From positions 35,580,520 to 35,631,542 of the forward strand of contig NC_069000.1 in NCBI RefSeq assembly GCF_001194135.2: a stretch of DNA of 51,023 bases, in the 5' to 3' direction. The DNA comes from Octopus bimaculoides (taxonomy: Eukaryota). Within the stretch, counting starts at the first letter, position 1; each line of letters opens with the position of its first letter. A program made the translations under genes and the position numbers. Positions 33,983 through 45,584 of the stretch are shown here, one piece after another. The notes below the pieces were generated by a model. It had not been told where the DNA came from. It made no database searches and saw only the letters and a program-made list of their open reading frames with translations.

Positions 33983-34229
33983 NNNNNNNNNNNNNNNNNN
34001 NNNNNNNNNNNNNNNNNNNNNNNNNNNNNNNNNNNNNNNNNNNNNNNNNNNNNNNNNNNNNNNNNNNNNNNNNNNNNNNNNNNNNNNNNNNNNNNNNNNN
34101 NNNNNNNNNNNNNNNNNNNNNNNNNNNNNNNNNNNNNNNNNNNNNNNNNNNNNNNNNNNNNNNNNNNNNNNNNNNNNNNNNNNNNNNNNNNNNNNNNNNN
34201 NNNNNNNNNNNNNNNNNNNNNNNNNNNNN

Positions 34230-34284
<55 letters not shown>

Positions 34285-34693
34285 TGTGTGTGCGTAACTT
34301 CTAAATAAATTTCCATGTGGTAGTTTTTGCATTGCGGTTCAAATAGTTTCCGTAGTTAAACAAAATCCATCATATGTGTGTGCATGTATATAAGTATGTG
34401 TGTACATATATATAAGGATTGTGTACGAAGCGTTGGATTTTCAATTCTCAACTGCAAATTCACTGTGCGCCTTTTTTTTAGCGATTTTACAGTGGGGGGG
34501 GGTGTAACCTGAGAAGCAGTTACAAGAAAGTGGGGTTGTGTTGAGTCCGAAAAGTGTATGTATCTGTAATGAGAAGATATAACATTGTCCTTTACGAAGT
34601 TTGGATATTATAGATCCGTTGTGTTATAACGAGCCGAAGAGTTTAATGTGCTGGGTGGAGTGATTCACGGAGCAGAAATTGTGGTGTGTGTGT

Positions 34694-34747
<54 letters not shown>

Positions 34748-34841
34748 ACGTGTGTAAAAAAACGTTTTAGCTACAGTCTAAGATTTAGATACTGTCTTTA
34801 ACTTACAAACTTTTCTACGTGTTGCTTTCAAAATATCATTC

Positions 34842-34882
34842 ATCTGACTAGTTTCAGTATTTATTTGCATTTCATCAGAGAT
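34842..34882 (-). ncRNA. Type I minimal hammerhead ribozyme motif with intact core and GUC site
   Basis: Minus strand reads aucu CUGAUGA aaug caaauaaa uacu GAA A CUAG U C agau. Perfect 4-bp stem I, 1-bp stem III with palindromic CUAG tetraloop, and stem II with 3 of 4 pairs. Confidence 0.8.
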
Positions 34883-35029
34883 CGGTCGCTCTTTTTCTAA
34901 CCACAGAGAAAATAATGGCTGAGAGCCATTTACCGTAAGCACAAAGTGTGTCGCTATGAAAGTTATACACACGTTAGCAAATTTATCTACAGTATAAACC
35001 TTATTTACTCGTGTGTAAGTCACACTAGT

Positions 35030-35304
35030 GGAGGCGCAATGGCCCAGTGGTTAGGGCAGCGGACTCGCGCTTTCGATTCCCAGACCGGGCGTTGTGAGTG
35101 TTTATTGAGCGAAAACACCTAAAGCTCCACGAGGCTCCAACAGGGGATGGTGGCGAACCCTGCTGTACTCTTTCACCACAACTTTCTCTCACTCTTACTT
35201 CCTGTTCCTGTTGTGCCTGTAATTCAAAGGGTCAGCCTTGTCACACTGTGTCACGCTGAATATCCTCGAGAACTACGTTAAGGGTACGCGTGTCTGTGGA
35301 GTGC
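35030..35304 (+). mobile_element. Family-C SINE, truncated by a gap
   Basis: Aligns with 32519-32815. Confidence 0.9.
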
Positions 35305-35967
35305 NNNNNNNNNNNNNNNNNNNNNNNNNNNNNNNNNNNNNNNNNNNNNNNNNNNNNNNNNNNNNNNNNNNNNNNNNNNNNNNNNNNNNNNNNNNNNNNN
35401 NNNNNNNNNNNNNNNNNNNNNNNNNNNNNNNNNNNNNNNNNNNNNNNNNNNNNNNNNNNNNNNNNNNNNNNNNNNNNNNNNNNNNNNNNNNNNNNNNNNN
35501 NNNNNNNNNNNNNNNNNNNNNNNNNNNNNNNNNNNNNNNNNNNNNNNNNNNNNNNNNNNNNNNNNNNNNNNNNNNNNNNNNNNNNNNNNNNNNNNNNNNN
35601 NNNNNNNNNNNNNNNNNNNNNNNNNNNNNNNNNNNNNNNNNNNNNNNNNNNNNNNNNNNNNNNNNNNNNNNNNNNNNNNNNNNNNNNNNNNNNNNNNNNN
35701 NNNNNNNNNNNNNNNNNNNNNNNNNNNNNNNNNNNNNNNNNNNNNNNNNNNNNNNNNNNNNNNNNNNNNNNNNNNNNNNNNNNNNNNNNNNNNNNNNNNN
35801 NNNNNNNNNNNNNNNNNNNNNNNNNNNNNNNNNNNNNNNNNNNNNNNNNNNNNNNNNNNNNNNNNNNNNNNNNNNNNNNNNNNNNNNNNNNNNNNNNNNN
35901 NNNNNNNNNNNNNNNNNNNNNNNNNNNNNNNNNNNNNNNNNNNNNNNNNNNNNNNNNNNNNNNNNNC

Positions 35968-36215
35968 TCGCGCTTTCGATTCCCAGACCGGGCGTTGTGA
36001 GTGTTTATTGAGCGAAAACACCTAAGCTCCACGAGGTTCCGGCAGGGGGGGCGTGGCGACCCCTGTTGTACTCTTTCGCCCCAACTTTCTCTCACTCTTT
36101 CTTCCTGTTTCTTGAGTAACGCTGTGATGGACTGGCGTCCCGTTCAGCTGGGGGGAACACATACGCCATAGAAACCGGGAAACCGTGCCCATGAGCCTAG
36201 TTAGGCTTTGAAAGG
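35968..36215 (+). mobile_element. Family-C-related SINE with an alternative 3' tail
   Basis: Shares head and body with 35060-35200 up to cttcctgtt, then continues with gatggactggcgtcccg..gaaaccgggaaaccg.gcccatgagcc instead of the gaactacgttaaggg tail. Confidence 0.85.
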
Positions 36216-36274
36216 GCGACGTTTATCGTTTTATATATACATATATGCGTACTTGCACGCACGTATGCATGAAT

Positions 36275-36306
<32 letters not shown>

Positions 36307-36710
36307 CCGTTTAATAATCTGAATGGAGGCAATGCAAGCGGAAACTAGAGCAACATAATTAATTATATGTAATCCATTTGGATTATAAAACGGAATATAG
36401 CTCACTTGGAGCACTACAGTCTGTATTTTATTTGCGAGTATTGTTAATATTAGCAATCTCAAAATAAAGCAGTGTATTTTATATATATGTGTGTATGTAT
36501 GTATACTTTGTTCACTACATCACAGTGATAAGTAGTTTCTTTCTCTTTTGTGAGTCTTCAAACTAGTTTCAAAACCTACAATCCCATACCAAAACTAAAC
36601 CACTGGTTACTTGTGTGCCACAGACAGTATCTTCGAATTTCCACAATAAATCTTACTCTACAAAAATATATTGAGTCCTCCCCCCTTCTCTCTCTCTCTT
36701 TCTCTCTCTC

Positions 36711-36758
<48 letters not shown>

Positions 36759-36893
36759 TGCTTCTGTGTGTGTGTGTGTTTGCAAGAGGTACTGAAATAA
36801 AGTGCAACTTATCCACTATTCTTACATATCTATGTGTGTGTGTGTGTGTGTATAATTTGTGGGTGTATTTGTGTTTGTGTGTTGTTATGTAAG

Positions 36894-36937
<44 letters not shown>

Positions 36938-36998
36938 CAGTGTAATTGAAAAGAGGGAACCAACTCACCACACAAAAAAAACTGCTATCAAACCGTTT

Positions 36999-37046
<48 letters not shown>

Positions 37047-37116
37047 AAGGAGGAGGAGGAGGAATTAATGCAAGGGAAAGGAGAACATTAAAACAAAGAA
37101 AACTTTACTGACTTAC

Positions 37117-37167
37117 CTCAAAGAGCAAGAATTAAAATCCCAGCAATTATAATAATTGTACGAACAC

Positions 37168-37216
<49 letters not shown>

Positions 37217-37391
37217 TGTGATGGTGACGGTAGTGGTGGTGTTGATATTGGTAGTAATGGTGGCGATAAAAACTCGATTTACTTCACTTCCGGTGGTCTC
37301 CTGATAGTCCTGGATAGAATGACTTAAAGTGATGGAGTTCGGTGTTCGGTGTTCTAATTTAGACAGCGGCCACTTGGTATTCTTGTCCAGG
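37117..37391 (-). other. Candidate spliced exon, 275 nt, non-coding or terminal-coding
   Basis: Strong acceptor ttttttctgtgcatttctgcag| at 37392 and consensus donor GAG|GTAAGT at 37116. Only one frame is open, and it stops (TGA) 1 nt before the donor. Confidence 0.4.
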
Positions 37392-37632
37392 CTGCAGAAA
37401 TGCACAGAAAAAATGCACAAAAGTGTATAAAATGCTGATGCTCGTCATTAATGTCCGTGTGTGATATGACTATGCGCACGGCGCCAGTTAACGCAGCCGA
37501 GTGTATGAGTGCGCAAATGCTCGGGCGTGCGTATATATATATGAGATACTTACTTGTAAAGACAAATGTGTGTCTATTTGGGAGTTTGTGCTGGTGTGTA
37601 TATGAATGGGGGACCGGGGTGGATGTATGTGC

Positions 37633-37698
<66 letters not shown>

Positions 37699-37728
37699 GC
37701 GTGTTGTGTGTCTATGCATACATACATT

Positions 37729-37762
<34 letters not shown>

Positions 37763-38658
37763 CTCAAACATTATCACGCTACCACATACGCATTATCTCA
37801 CACACATACACGTGTGCGTTTGTGAGTCAGAGAATGCGTGTGGAAACGACACGCACGCGTGCGTGTGTATGTGCGCGCGCGCGTGTGTAAATGGGTATGG
37901 CGTACTTATACATATATGTATCATGCTGTTTTAGGCTTTTAATTGAAACGGAACACAAAAAAAAAATGGAAAGAAAGAACGAAAAAACACGAAAGAAAGA
38001 AAGGATGGAGGGAAGGAAGGAATACCGTGTAACTGCGCCCTCACCATCATCTGAAACTGCTCATTTACTTAGTTTTTCTTCTTTTTTTAATTCTCCTATA
38101 TACTCCATCAATAGTCAGAAAGACTACAAGACACTCACCTTGGATGCCACTCAACTATTACAGAAATGAAATCAATCAATAAACAGCAACGGCAACCATT
38201 TCACCCGATGTCGCCGCCAGACCTACTAGAAATAGCAACCAATTCTCTCCCAAACTACACACAACTGTCATTTTTTTTTCTTTTTAAGTTGCTATCTTGA
38301 AACCACGTTGCGTAGGAATCGTTTTGGTTTGTCAGAATCGTTAAAGCGTCAGACAAAAATGCCCAGTATTTTTATTTAGTAATGTCTCTTTACGTTCTAC
38401 GATCAAATCACGTCCCCATTGAGCTCGACTTTACCTTCCATCATTCCAAGATTGGTTTATGTTCTTGCAATGCATACTCTGAACAGGGCAGTGTGTTATG
38501 TTCTCGAGTAATGGTTCTCAACCATTTTTTTTTTTTTTAACGATTCTGCCAGCTCGCCACCTTAGGGATATCCAATATCAATAAATGTTTTCAAAATATT
38601 CTCCGGTTTTACTTTAGTCTAAAAACTAAATGTACTATTGGGTATAACGGTATAGTTT

Positions 38659-38975
38659 TTATTACCTCCGCCTTGGCTAAGACGGAGGTATTATCTTCAG
38701 TCGTGTTTGTTTGGCCGTGGACAAAATATTTCAAAAACCGCTAGATGGATTCGGATGAAACCTTCGGGGATATTTGACCTCGTGACTGGCAAGGACTGAT
38801 TAGATTTTGGGATAGATCCGGTACCGGACAAGGATTCTGGATTATTCTTCCAGTTTTTTTACTTAAATTTTGAGAGCAGTCGGGTTCATTTTTAATATTC
38901 CCGTTTCTGAGGGCAGTCGAGTTTATTTCAGATATTCTCATTTTAAAATTCATCTCTGGATGATCGTTGAGAGAA
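38659..38975 (+). mobile_element. Second copy of the acctccg/cggaggt-hairpin element (Helentron/HINE-like)
   Basis: Terminal hairpin acctccgcctt-ggct-aagacggaggt (38664-38689). The body matches 24097-24300 in reverse. Confidence 0.7.
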
Positions 38976-39759
38976 CGCTATTGTTGCCTTGTTTATTATT
39001 GTAATTTCATTGTTTATACATACATAAATACGTGCATATGTGAGGACTGTAACTCAATTTCGAACAATACCAATTGTTCTCTTAAACTCCTGCTAGACAC
39101 TTATACTCTTTCGCACAGATGTGACAACGATAGATTGCAGAAAGTGTTCGGAAAGCTTACCTTTCACACTGACACACACCTTCATTCTATCATGGAATTT
39201 TTCATTAGATATTTTGCTTTTCTCGGCTACGGCCATCCATATTGAACAACACATTAACAGAAATGTTAAACACCAGACGATACATGTGCTTGAAGCGTTA
39301 CAAACTGAGAAAAGGCCTTGCAGAGGACCAAACCCATTCTCTAAACAACGTATGTATTTGTCCAAAAAAAGAACTAGTCTACATCATTGGATGCAAACGA
39401 AGTCGAAGGAATTATAGCAGAGTTTTCCTTCTAGAGATATGTCTAAATAAAGAGTAGAGTGCCCCATGTACGCACAGCTGTTAGATGGCCGTTGATTCTA
39501 CTGAATTCATTCGCCCTTTGACAGGATTTGTTTTTCATCGTGCCAGGTGTCCAATGAAAACTGCCCCTTCTCATCAATCAGGCTTGGTAGGATTGCCGGT
39601 TTAGTCGCCGACGAACCGACCAGACAACAGGTTGTGCTGGGTTACATGTTTACCAGTAGCACTAAAAGTGACCTGGTACACACGCATATGTACTTACAAA
39701 AACATACACATACACAAACATAAAACATATATGTATATATATCCATATATTCTTTTATT

Positions 39760-39975
39760 CTTTTACACGTTTCAGTCATTTGACTGCGACCATGCTGCAG
39801 CAGCACTTTAAAGGGTTTTAGCCAAATAAATCAACCCCAGGACTTATTCTTTGCAAGCCTAGTACTTATTCTATCGGTCGCTTTGTCGAACCGCTAGGTT
39901 TCGGGGACATAAACACACCAACATCGGTTGTCAAGCGATGGTGGGGGACAAACAGATACAAAGATACACGCACAT
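39760..39975 (-). mobile_element. Family-B SINE, 3' half, abutting the PLE fragment
   Basis: Reverse complement aligns with 30985-31160. Confidence 0.85.
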
Positions 39976-39984
39976 AAATATAAA

Positions 39985-40465
39985 GACCCTTCACGCGACC
40001 CTCCCCCCCCCCACCATATTACACTTAAGGACCATAAGCCTAATTTCCATTTCAACTCCAAATGCAGGCTAATCAACCCCTCCAAAAGTGAGATAGGTAT
40101 CATTAGCAAGCGTATTCTCGATGCTATCAACTCTGACATCAGAAGGGTTACAGGGTTGACCCAATGGAACTGGTTCCGCGGTATCAAGAATAAATCAGCC
40201 TGCAAATTCACCCAGTTCGACATGGTTGACTTCTGCTCTTCTATATCTAAGCCTTTCCTCCTGAAGGCCCTAACTTTTGCTGAGTAATACACCAGCATTA
40301 GGGATCTTGATATCAGAATCATCGTGGATGCCAGAAAGTCAATTGTGGTCCATGACGATTCCTTCTGGGTGAAGAAAGAAGTCGATCCATTGTTTGATGT
40401 CTCTATGGGGAGCTTTGACGGGGCTGAAATCGCCGATCTCGTCGGGTTATACATTCTGGATAACC
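39985..40465 (+). mobile_element. Penelope-like element reverse transcriptase fragment, decayed
   Basis: HITLKDHKPNF..KCRLINPSKSEIGIISKRILDAIN..WF..KFTQFDMVDFCSSI..LLKALTFA*..DARKS..WVKK..FDVSMGSFDGAEIADLVGLYIL covers PLE RT motifs up to the MG..AE motif. Confidence 0.85.
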
Positions 40466-40910
40466 CTCAAGCGTGGGTGAGTCTTCGTATGTGTGTGTTC
40501 GCGCGCGCAGATGTGTGAATATGCATCTAAGCACACATCCACACTCGTATAAGTAATTAATGGAACAGTTACCCATCCTCAATCTTTCTCTTCAGTGTTT
40601 AAAAATCATTATGGTAGTTTTTCATACAAGCACAACTTGTGGAAGTGGGATTGTAGATAAGAGACACATCAAGTTACTTTCCTTGGTTTATTATGTACTT
40701 ATCAAACACACAGTTCTGAGAGATCAAGATGTTATCAAGCCTTAGAGTAAGTCCGTGAGAACACAGCTTAGAGAGGTTTACTGTTATCTGATAGCTTTAT
40801 TTACTGGTCAAGCTGTTATAGGAAGGTATTTAAAATAATTAGGTGGGGAGCAGAGGAAGGCCAACTGGGATGCATTGCAATTGTATTCTTTTATTCTTTT
40901 AGCTGTTTTG

Positions 40911-41338
40911 AAGGTGGCGAGCTGGAAGGATCGTTAGCACGCCGGGTGAAATGCTAAGCGGTATTTCGTCTGCCGCTACGTTCTTAGTTCAAATTCCGCC
41001 GAGGTCGACTTTGCCTTTCATCCTTTCGGGGTCGATAAACTAAGTACCAGTTACGCACTGGGGTCGATTGTAATCGACTATCACCGACCCACCAAATTTC
41101 AGGTNNNNNNNNNNNNNNNNNNNNNNNNNNNNNNNNNNNNNNNNNNNNNNNNNNNNNNTGAAATGCTAAGCGGTATTTCGTCTGCCGCTACGTTCTTAGT
41201 TCAAATTCCGCCGAGGTCGACTTTGCCTTTCATCCTTTCGGGGTCGATAAACTAAGTACCAGTTACGCACTGGGGTCGATTGTAATCGACTATCACCGAC
41301 CCACCAAATTTCAGGTCTTGTACCTATAGTAGAAAGGG
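40911..41338 (+). mobile_element. Family-A SINE, one copy artefactually doubled across a 54-N gap
   Basis: 40947-41104 is identical to 41159-41316. The head is present only before the gap and the tail only after it. Confidence 0.9.
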
Positions 41339-41344
41339 TTCTTT

Positions 41345-41470
41345 TTACCCATTTCAGTCATTAGACTGTGGTCATGCTGGGGCACCACCTTAAAGAATTT
41401 TAGTACTTTTTTTAAAGCTTGATACTTATTCTATCGGTTTTCTTTTGCTGAACCGCTAAGTTACGGGAAA
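41345..41470 (-). mobile_element. Family-B SINE 3' tail fused to a tRNA-Glu remnant
   Basis: Reverse complement cccgtaacttagcggttcagcaaaagaaaaccgatagaataagta..cagcatgaccacagtctaatgactgaaatg aligns with 31040-31155. Confidence 0.8.
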
Positions 41471-41476
41471 ATGTAC

Positions 41477-41539
41477 GGTGCCATGCCGGGAATCGAACCC
41501 GGATCGCCTGGGTGAAAGCCAAGAATCCTAACCACTAGA
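41477..41539 (-). pseudogene. 5'-truncated tRNA-Glu(TTC) pseudogene
   Basis: TCTAGTGGTTAGGATT, anticodon arm CTTGG-CTTTCAC-CCAGG (anticodon TTC at 41516-41514), T arm CCGGG-TTCGATT-CCCGG, then CATGGCACC. The 5' acceptor strand is absent, so it cannot fold into a full cloverleaf. Confidence 0.8.
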
Positions 41540-41817
41540 ATTTATAAGTCAACTATTCGCTTTATAAGTTAATTATTATAGTAACTTGATATTTCTCCTT
41601 TGAAGAAATATTAGGTTTACTACAGTTAAAGTAACTCCAATTAAATAAGCAATTAAACTGAATGACGTTAGGTGCAACAGTTGAGGCTTAGATTAGAATA
41701 TTAAAAATTAAGAAAACGTATCCTACGTAAAAGATAAATTAAGAAGGAAGAGAAAGAATCCCTACGAAGATAAGGTAGGCATTAATCTTATTTATATCCT
41801 GGTAAATCATTCTATCC

Positions 41818-41975
41818 GGAGGCGCGTGGCTTAGTGGCTAGGGTGTTGGACTCAAGATTGTAAAATTGTGGTTTCGATTCCTGGATCAGGCGATACGATG
41901 TATTCTTGAGCAGGACACTTCATTTCACGTTTCTTCAGTCCACTCAGCTGTAGAAATGAATGCCACTAGTGGAGG
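41818..41975 (+). mobile_element. Family-D tRNA-derived SINE (cttgagcaggacact..cagtccactcagctg core)
   Basis: A box gcgtggcttagtgg and B box ggtttcgattcc, followed by a Meta/CORE-like conserved domain. Confidence 0.75.
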
Positions 41976-42071
41976 AGCGTCACTTATTTGTTTCGATGTT
42001 TATTTTCTGTTTTATGATGCTGTTGTCGTAGTTGTTGTTTCGTTCAATTCGGTTAATTCTCTTCTTTTGTC

Positions 42072-42245
42072 AAGGTAGTGAGCGGACAGAATCGTTAGCA
42101 CGACAGACAAAATGCTCAGCAGCATTTCGTCCGTCTTTTCGTTCTGAGCTCAAATTCAACCGAGGTCGACTTCCCCTTTCATCCTATCAGGGTCGATAAA
42201 ATAAGTACCAGTCGAGCACTGGGGTCGATGTAATCCACATTTCCC
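42072..42245 (+). mobile_element. Family-A SINE, diverged
   Basis: cagaatcgttagcac..gaggtcgactt..tttcatcct..ggtcgataaaataagtaccag..ggggtcgatgtaatc. Confidence 0.85.
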
Positions 42246-42464
42246 CTTCTTCAAAATTGTAGAAGGGATATTAACATCTCTCCCTTTATCTCCTACCACT
42301 ACCATCATCAAAAAACAATTTCTGCCCTTGTGCCTTTAACGAAAGACGACTGTTTTTGCTTCGACTGAGCTTCTTTTTTTTTTTTTTCTACATTAATTTT
42401 TCTGGTGCCCGCTGTTGCCATTATTGGTTGGTGCGGTTTATCTTATCATTTTATCATTTTATCC

Positions 42465-42700
42465 TTTCCTTGATTCAATCATTACACTGCGGCCATGTTG
42501 GAGCGCCGTCTTGAAGAATTTTAGTCGAACGAATCGCCCCAGTACTAGTTTTTGTTTTTGAACCTGGTACTTATTGTATTGGTGAGGTGGATGCTGAACT
42601 ACTAAACAAACCATCACCAATTGGTAGAGAACAAGCACAGATACAAAGACTCACACACACGCACACACAAACACATTCACACACGCATACACATACATAC
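42465..42700 (-). mobile_element. Family-B SINE, 3' half, diverged
   Basis: tcaatcatt..ctgcggccatg..tagtcgaacgaatcgccccagtact..tggtacttatt is the reverse complement of the family-B tail. Confidence 0.7.
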
Positions 42701-42789
42701 ACGTGTAGATAGATAGATAGCAACAATTCAAACAGCCACACAAACACACCCAAAAATAGTAAAAATAATAATAGGATAACCATGACAAC

Positions 42790-43292
42790 GAATATACTGA
42801 ATAGAACCAGTTCGTCTAGTGTTCGTTACACACAAGCAAGCAAAAAAGACGACCAATTATGCTCATGCAGAGACAGATCCAAATATCCCTTGGACAATCA
42901 ATGTATGACCAGAAATGTGGTGTATAAGTGCACAGTAAACACTAGAGGGAGCCCCTACGTATATATCGGTGCATCGGCTGATATTTTCAAAAATCGATAT
43001 CACAACTATTTTGCCAGCTTTCGAAATAATCCTTAAACGGCATGTAACATCACTGGCTAATTTTATCTGGAGGCTCAAGGAAGAGAAGGTAAAATACAAC
43101 CTCATCTGGTCCATAATTAGACATGCGAGTCCCTATAACACATTATCCCGGAAATGCCAACTATGTTCCGAGGAGTCACTCTCAATATTGTTAACAAAGG
43201 AGCGCATTATAAACAGATTTACGGAACGATTACCCAGGTGCCTGCATACAGCTAAATACACATTCACATACCACAATCTAAACCACACCTAA
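42790..43292 (+). mobile_element. Penelope-like element GIY-YIG endonuclease domain, one frameshift
   Basis: LCSCR..YPLDNQCMTRNVVYKCTV..YVYIGAS..FKNRYHNYFASFRN / HVTSLANFIWRLKE..IWSII..YNTLSRKCQLCSEE..INRFTERLPRCLHTAKY is the characteristic PLE C-terminus. Confidence 0.9.
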
Positions 43293-43343
43293 CTGATGCA
43301 AACCTAGCACCTACAACTCGGATTAATACCCCAGAGTTAAAAC

Positions 43344-43371
43344 CTCATGAAGTGTAACCATGAAACATATA
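43344..43371 (+). ncRNA. Strongly decayed hammerhead-like motif just 3' of the PLE ORF
   Basis: CUCAUGA a gug uaac cau GAAA caua UA. The core has a G5C change and stem I is not recoverable. It lies about 50 nt after the GIY-YIG stop, where PLE pLTR hammerheads occur. Confidence 0.35.
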
Positions 43372-45142
43372 CTAAAGAAGAACCGTATGCGAATAAAATG
43401 TATTGAGATGCGTAACCTTACAATCCAGCTGTGTATATGTATATATGTGTATATATACATATGGAGGAGGCGGNNNNNNNNNNNNNNNNNNNNNNNNNNN
43501 NNNNNNNNNNNNNNNNNNNNNNNNNNNNNNNNNNNNNNNNNNNNNNNNNNNNNNNNNNNNNNNNNNNNNNNNNGCAGTTTTGTTACCGTTGTTGTTGTTG
43601 TTGTTGCTGCTGCTGCTGCTGCTAGATACACCGTTATTTGAAATATATCCTCATTCGATGCAAAATCGATTCGACATTTTTTTTTTAATTACCAACTCAT
43701 TAACAAATAAAGATAATTATTTCCATTTGTGTGTATATGCGTGCATGTACGCGCGAGTATACGTATGTGCGCATGTGCGTATGCAAATGTAATTATGCCT
43801 AGGATGTGTTTACTCATGTGTATAAATGCGTGCCCGGAAGTGGATTTTAATTTTTGAACTTTTATTTTTAAATCTGTTATTATTTTTGAAAAAAAAATTA
43901 TTTGGAATCATTTCTATTTTAAATCATTTCATTTATATGTTTTTCTCTTTATTTTAATTATTACTCTAAAACGAATTTTATTTCACACGTTTCGTCATTG
44001 TTCATTCCTCCAAGGGAATTACTTTAATTTTGGTTTACCTTATTGTTGTTGTTGTTGTCGTCGTCGTCAACACCACCATCATCATCATCATTATCATCAT
44101 TACGCATTGGATTTCGTTTCTGCTCCATAAAGCTTAGTTGTTTTTGTTAAAATATTTTCAAGCATATCTTAAAATAAGGAGCTCTACTTCACTGTCTGAA
44201 GAAGGAGGAATAGTAAATGTAGACCGTATTGGGCATCTTTCTGATAATAAAAATTTTATTATCTGGTTATTTCTTTTTCTTTTTCTTTTTTTGCATGTTT
44301 AAAACCATCCGTCCTTTAAACTGTAATGCGGTAGGAGGAAAATATTTCTTCTTACTTCCACCCTGATTGCCCTCTCCTTCATTCAAACATTGCCAACTCG
44401 GCTGGTGGCTTTAGCAGTCGCAGCAACAGTGCAGACGACAGCTCGTTTAGACGAATGCGAGAATTACAATAATAACAAAAACAACAGTATTTGTTAAAGG
44501 AAAGACAAAGCTTTTAATAACAGCAATATAAACAAGAGTAATGACGTCTACAACATCAATAGCAGTGGTAACAACAACAACACAGGCAGCAACGGTAAAG
44601 AGCTTAGGAAAGGGAAGTGTTGTATTTCTCAGAACGTATGAAACGGGGGCTAACGAAAAGTCTGAAAACAAACATGGACGTTTAGGACAACTTTATGAAG
44701 AAACTTCGGAGATACAAATAGTTAAGGTATATGTCTTTTGATTGATGCAATATATGTACATAAGGGCATATCGCTACAATCTTAACATTCTGCATTGAAC
44801 CTACGTACGGTGTAATACGAGCAAAACGAGAACCACCCGAATTCGATGGAATTTTACCATGACGAGATAAAAATCCTTAATGTATGTGCCTAAACACGGT
44901 TACAAACACACACACATACCATATCCCTCTTTATTTCATTCTTCTAGACGAGAGGAGTCTCTCTCTCTGTTTTCTTATTTGTCTTTTTTCTTTTCTCTTC
45001 CGTTCTCAGCCGCCGCTTTCCGTCTTACGATAACCAGAACACTAACCTTAAATGCATATGCAAACAAATAACAATGAAATGCAATTTATAAGATAAGCAC
45101 ACTTATTATTTAATACGTACATACAGACAAACAGACAGACAG

Positions 45143-45552
45143 ATCAGAGAAAAAGAAAATACCTACGCTGAACTATTGAGAAATTCTACAGGTACGCTAC
45201 TCAGATAACAAGTCAGGTTTATACCTGTAATTATTGGGGAACTGGGATATGTAATACACTGCCTAAGTACTAATCTTGAGAAACTAGGCTTCTCAAAACC
45301 AGAAAGGAGAAGCTACAGATCCAAGCCATCACTAGAATTGTAAAAATCTGAAAAATTTTCCTGGAGTTTCTCAGGTATATATATGCATGTCTAGACATGC
45401 AGCTATATGCATGAGAATACATATATAAAACAAAACATGCAAAATTATCCTGTTGATGGTGGTGAAATGCTAATGAAAGAGTCTTGGATATATGTATTAG
45501 AAACCGACTGTTGCTCTATTGGCAAGAAATCTTGAAATAAAATTGAATAATG
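45143..45552 (+). mobile_element. 5'-truncated R4-clade element (RLE C-terminus plus 3'UTR) between (ACAG/ACAT)n and (ACAT)n tracts
   Basis: IREKENTYAELLRN../RFIPVIIGELGYV..LEKLGFSKPERR. It aligns with 48533-48953 and ends identically in gaataatg|(acat)n. Confidence 0.85.
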
Positions 45553-45584
45553 ACATACATACATACATACATACATACATACAT

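Noticed and set aside
44400-44730. Asn/Ser-rich reading frame ending at a donor-like AAG|GTATAT
   Set aside because: The Asn-rich frame is broken by stops, no acceptor or domain was found, and the composition is explained by (AAC)n-like low complexity.
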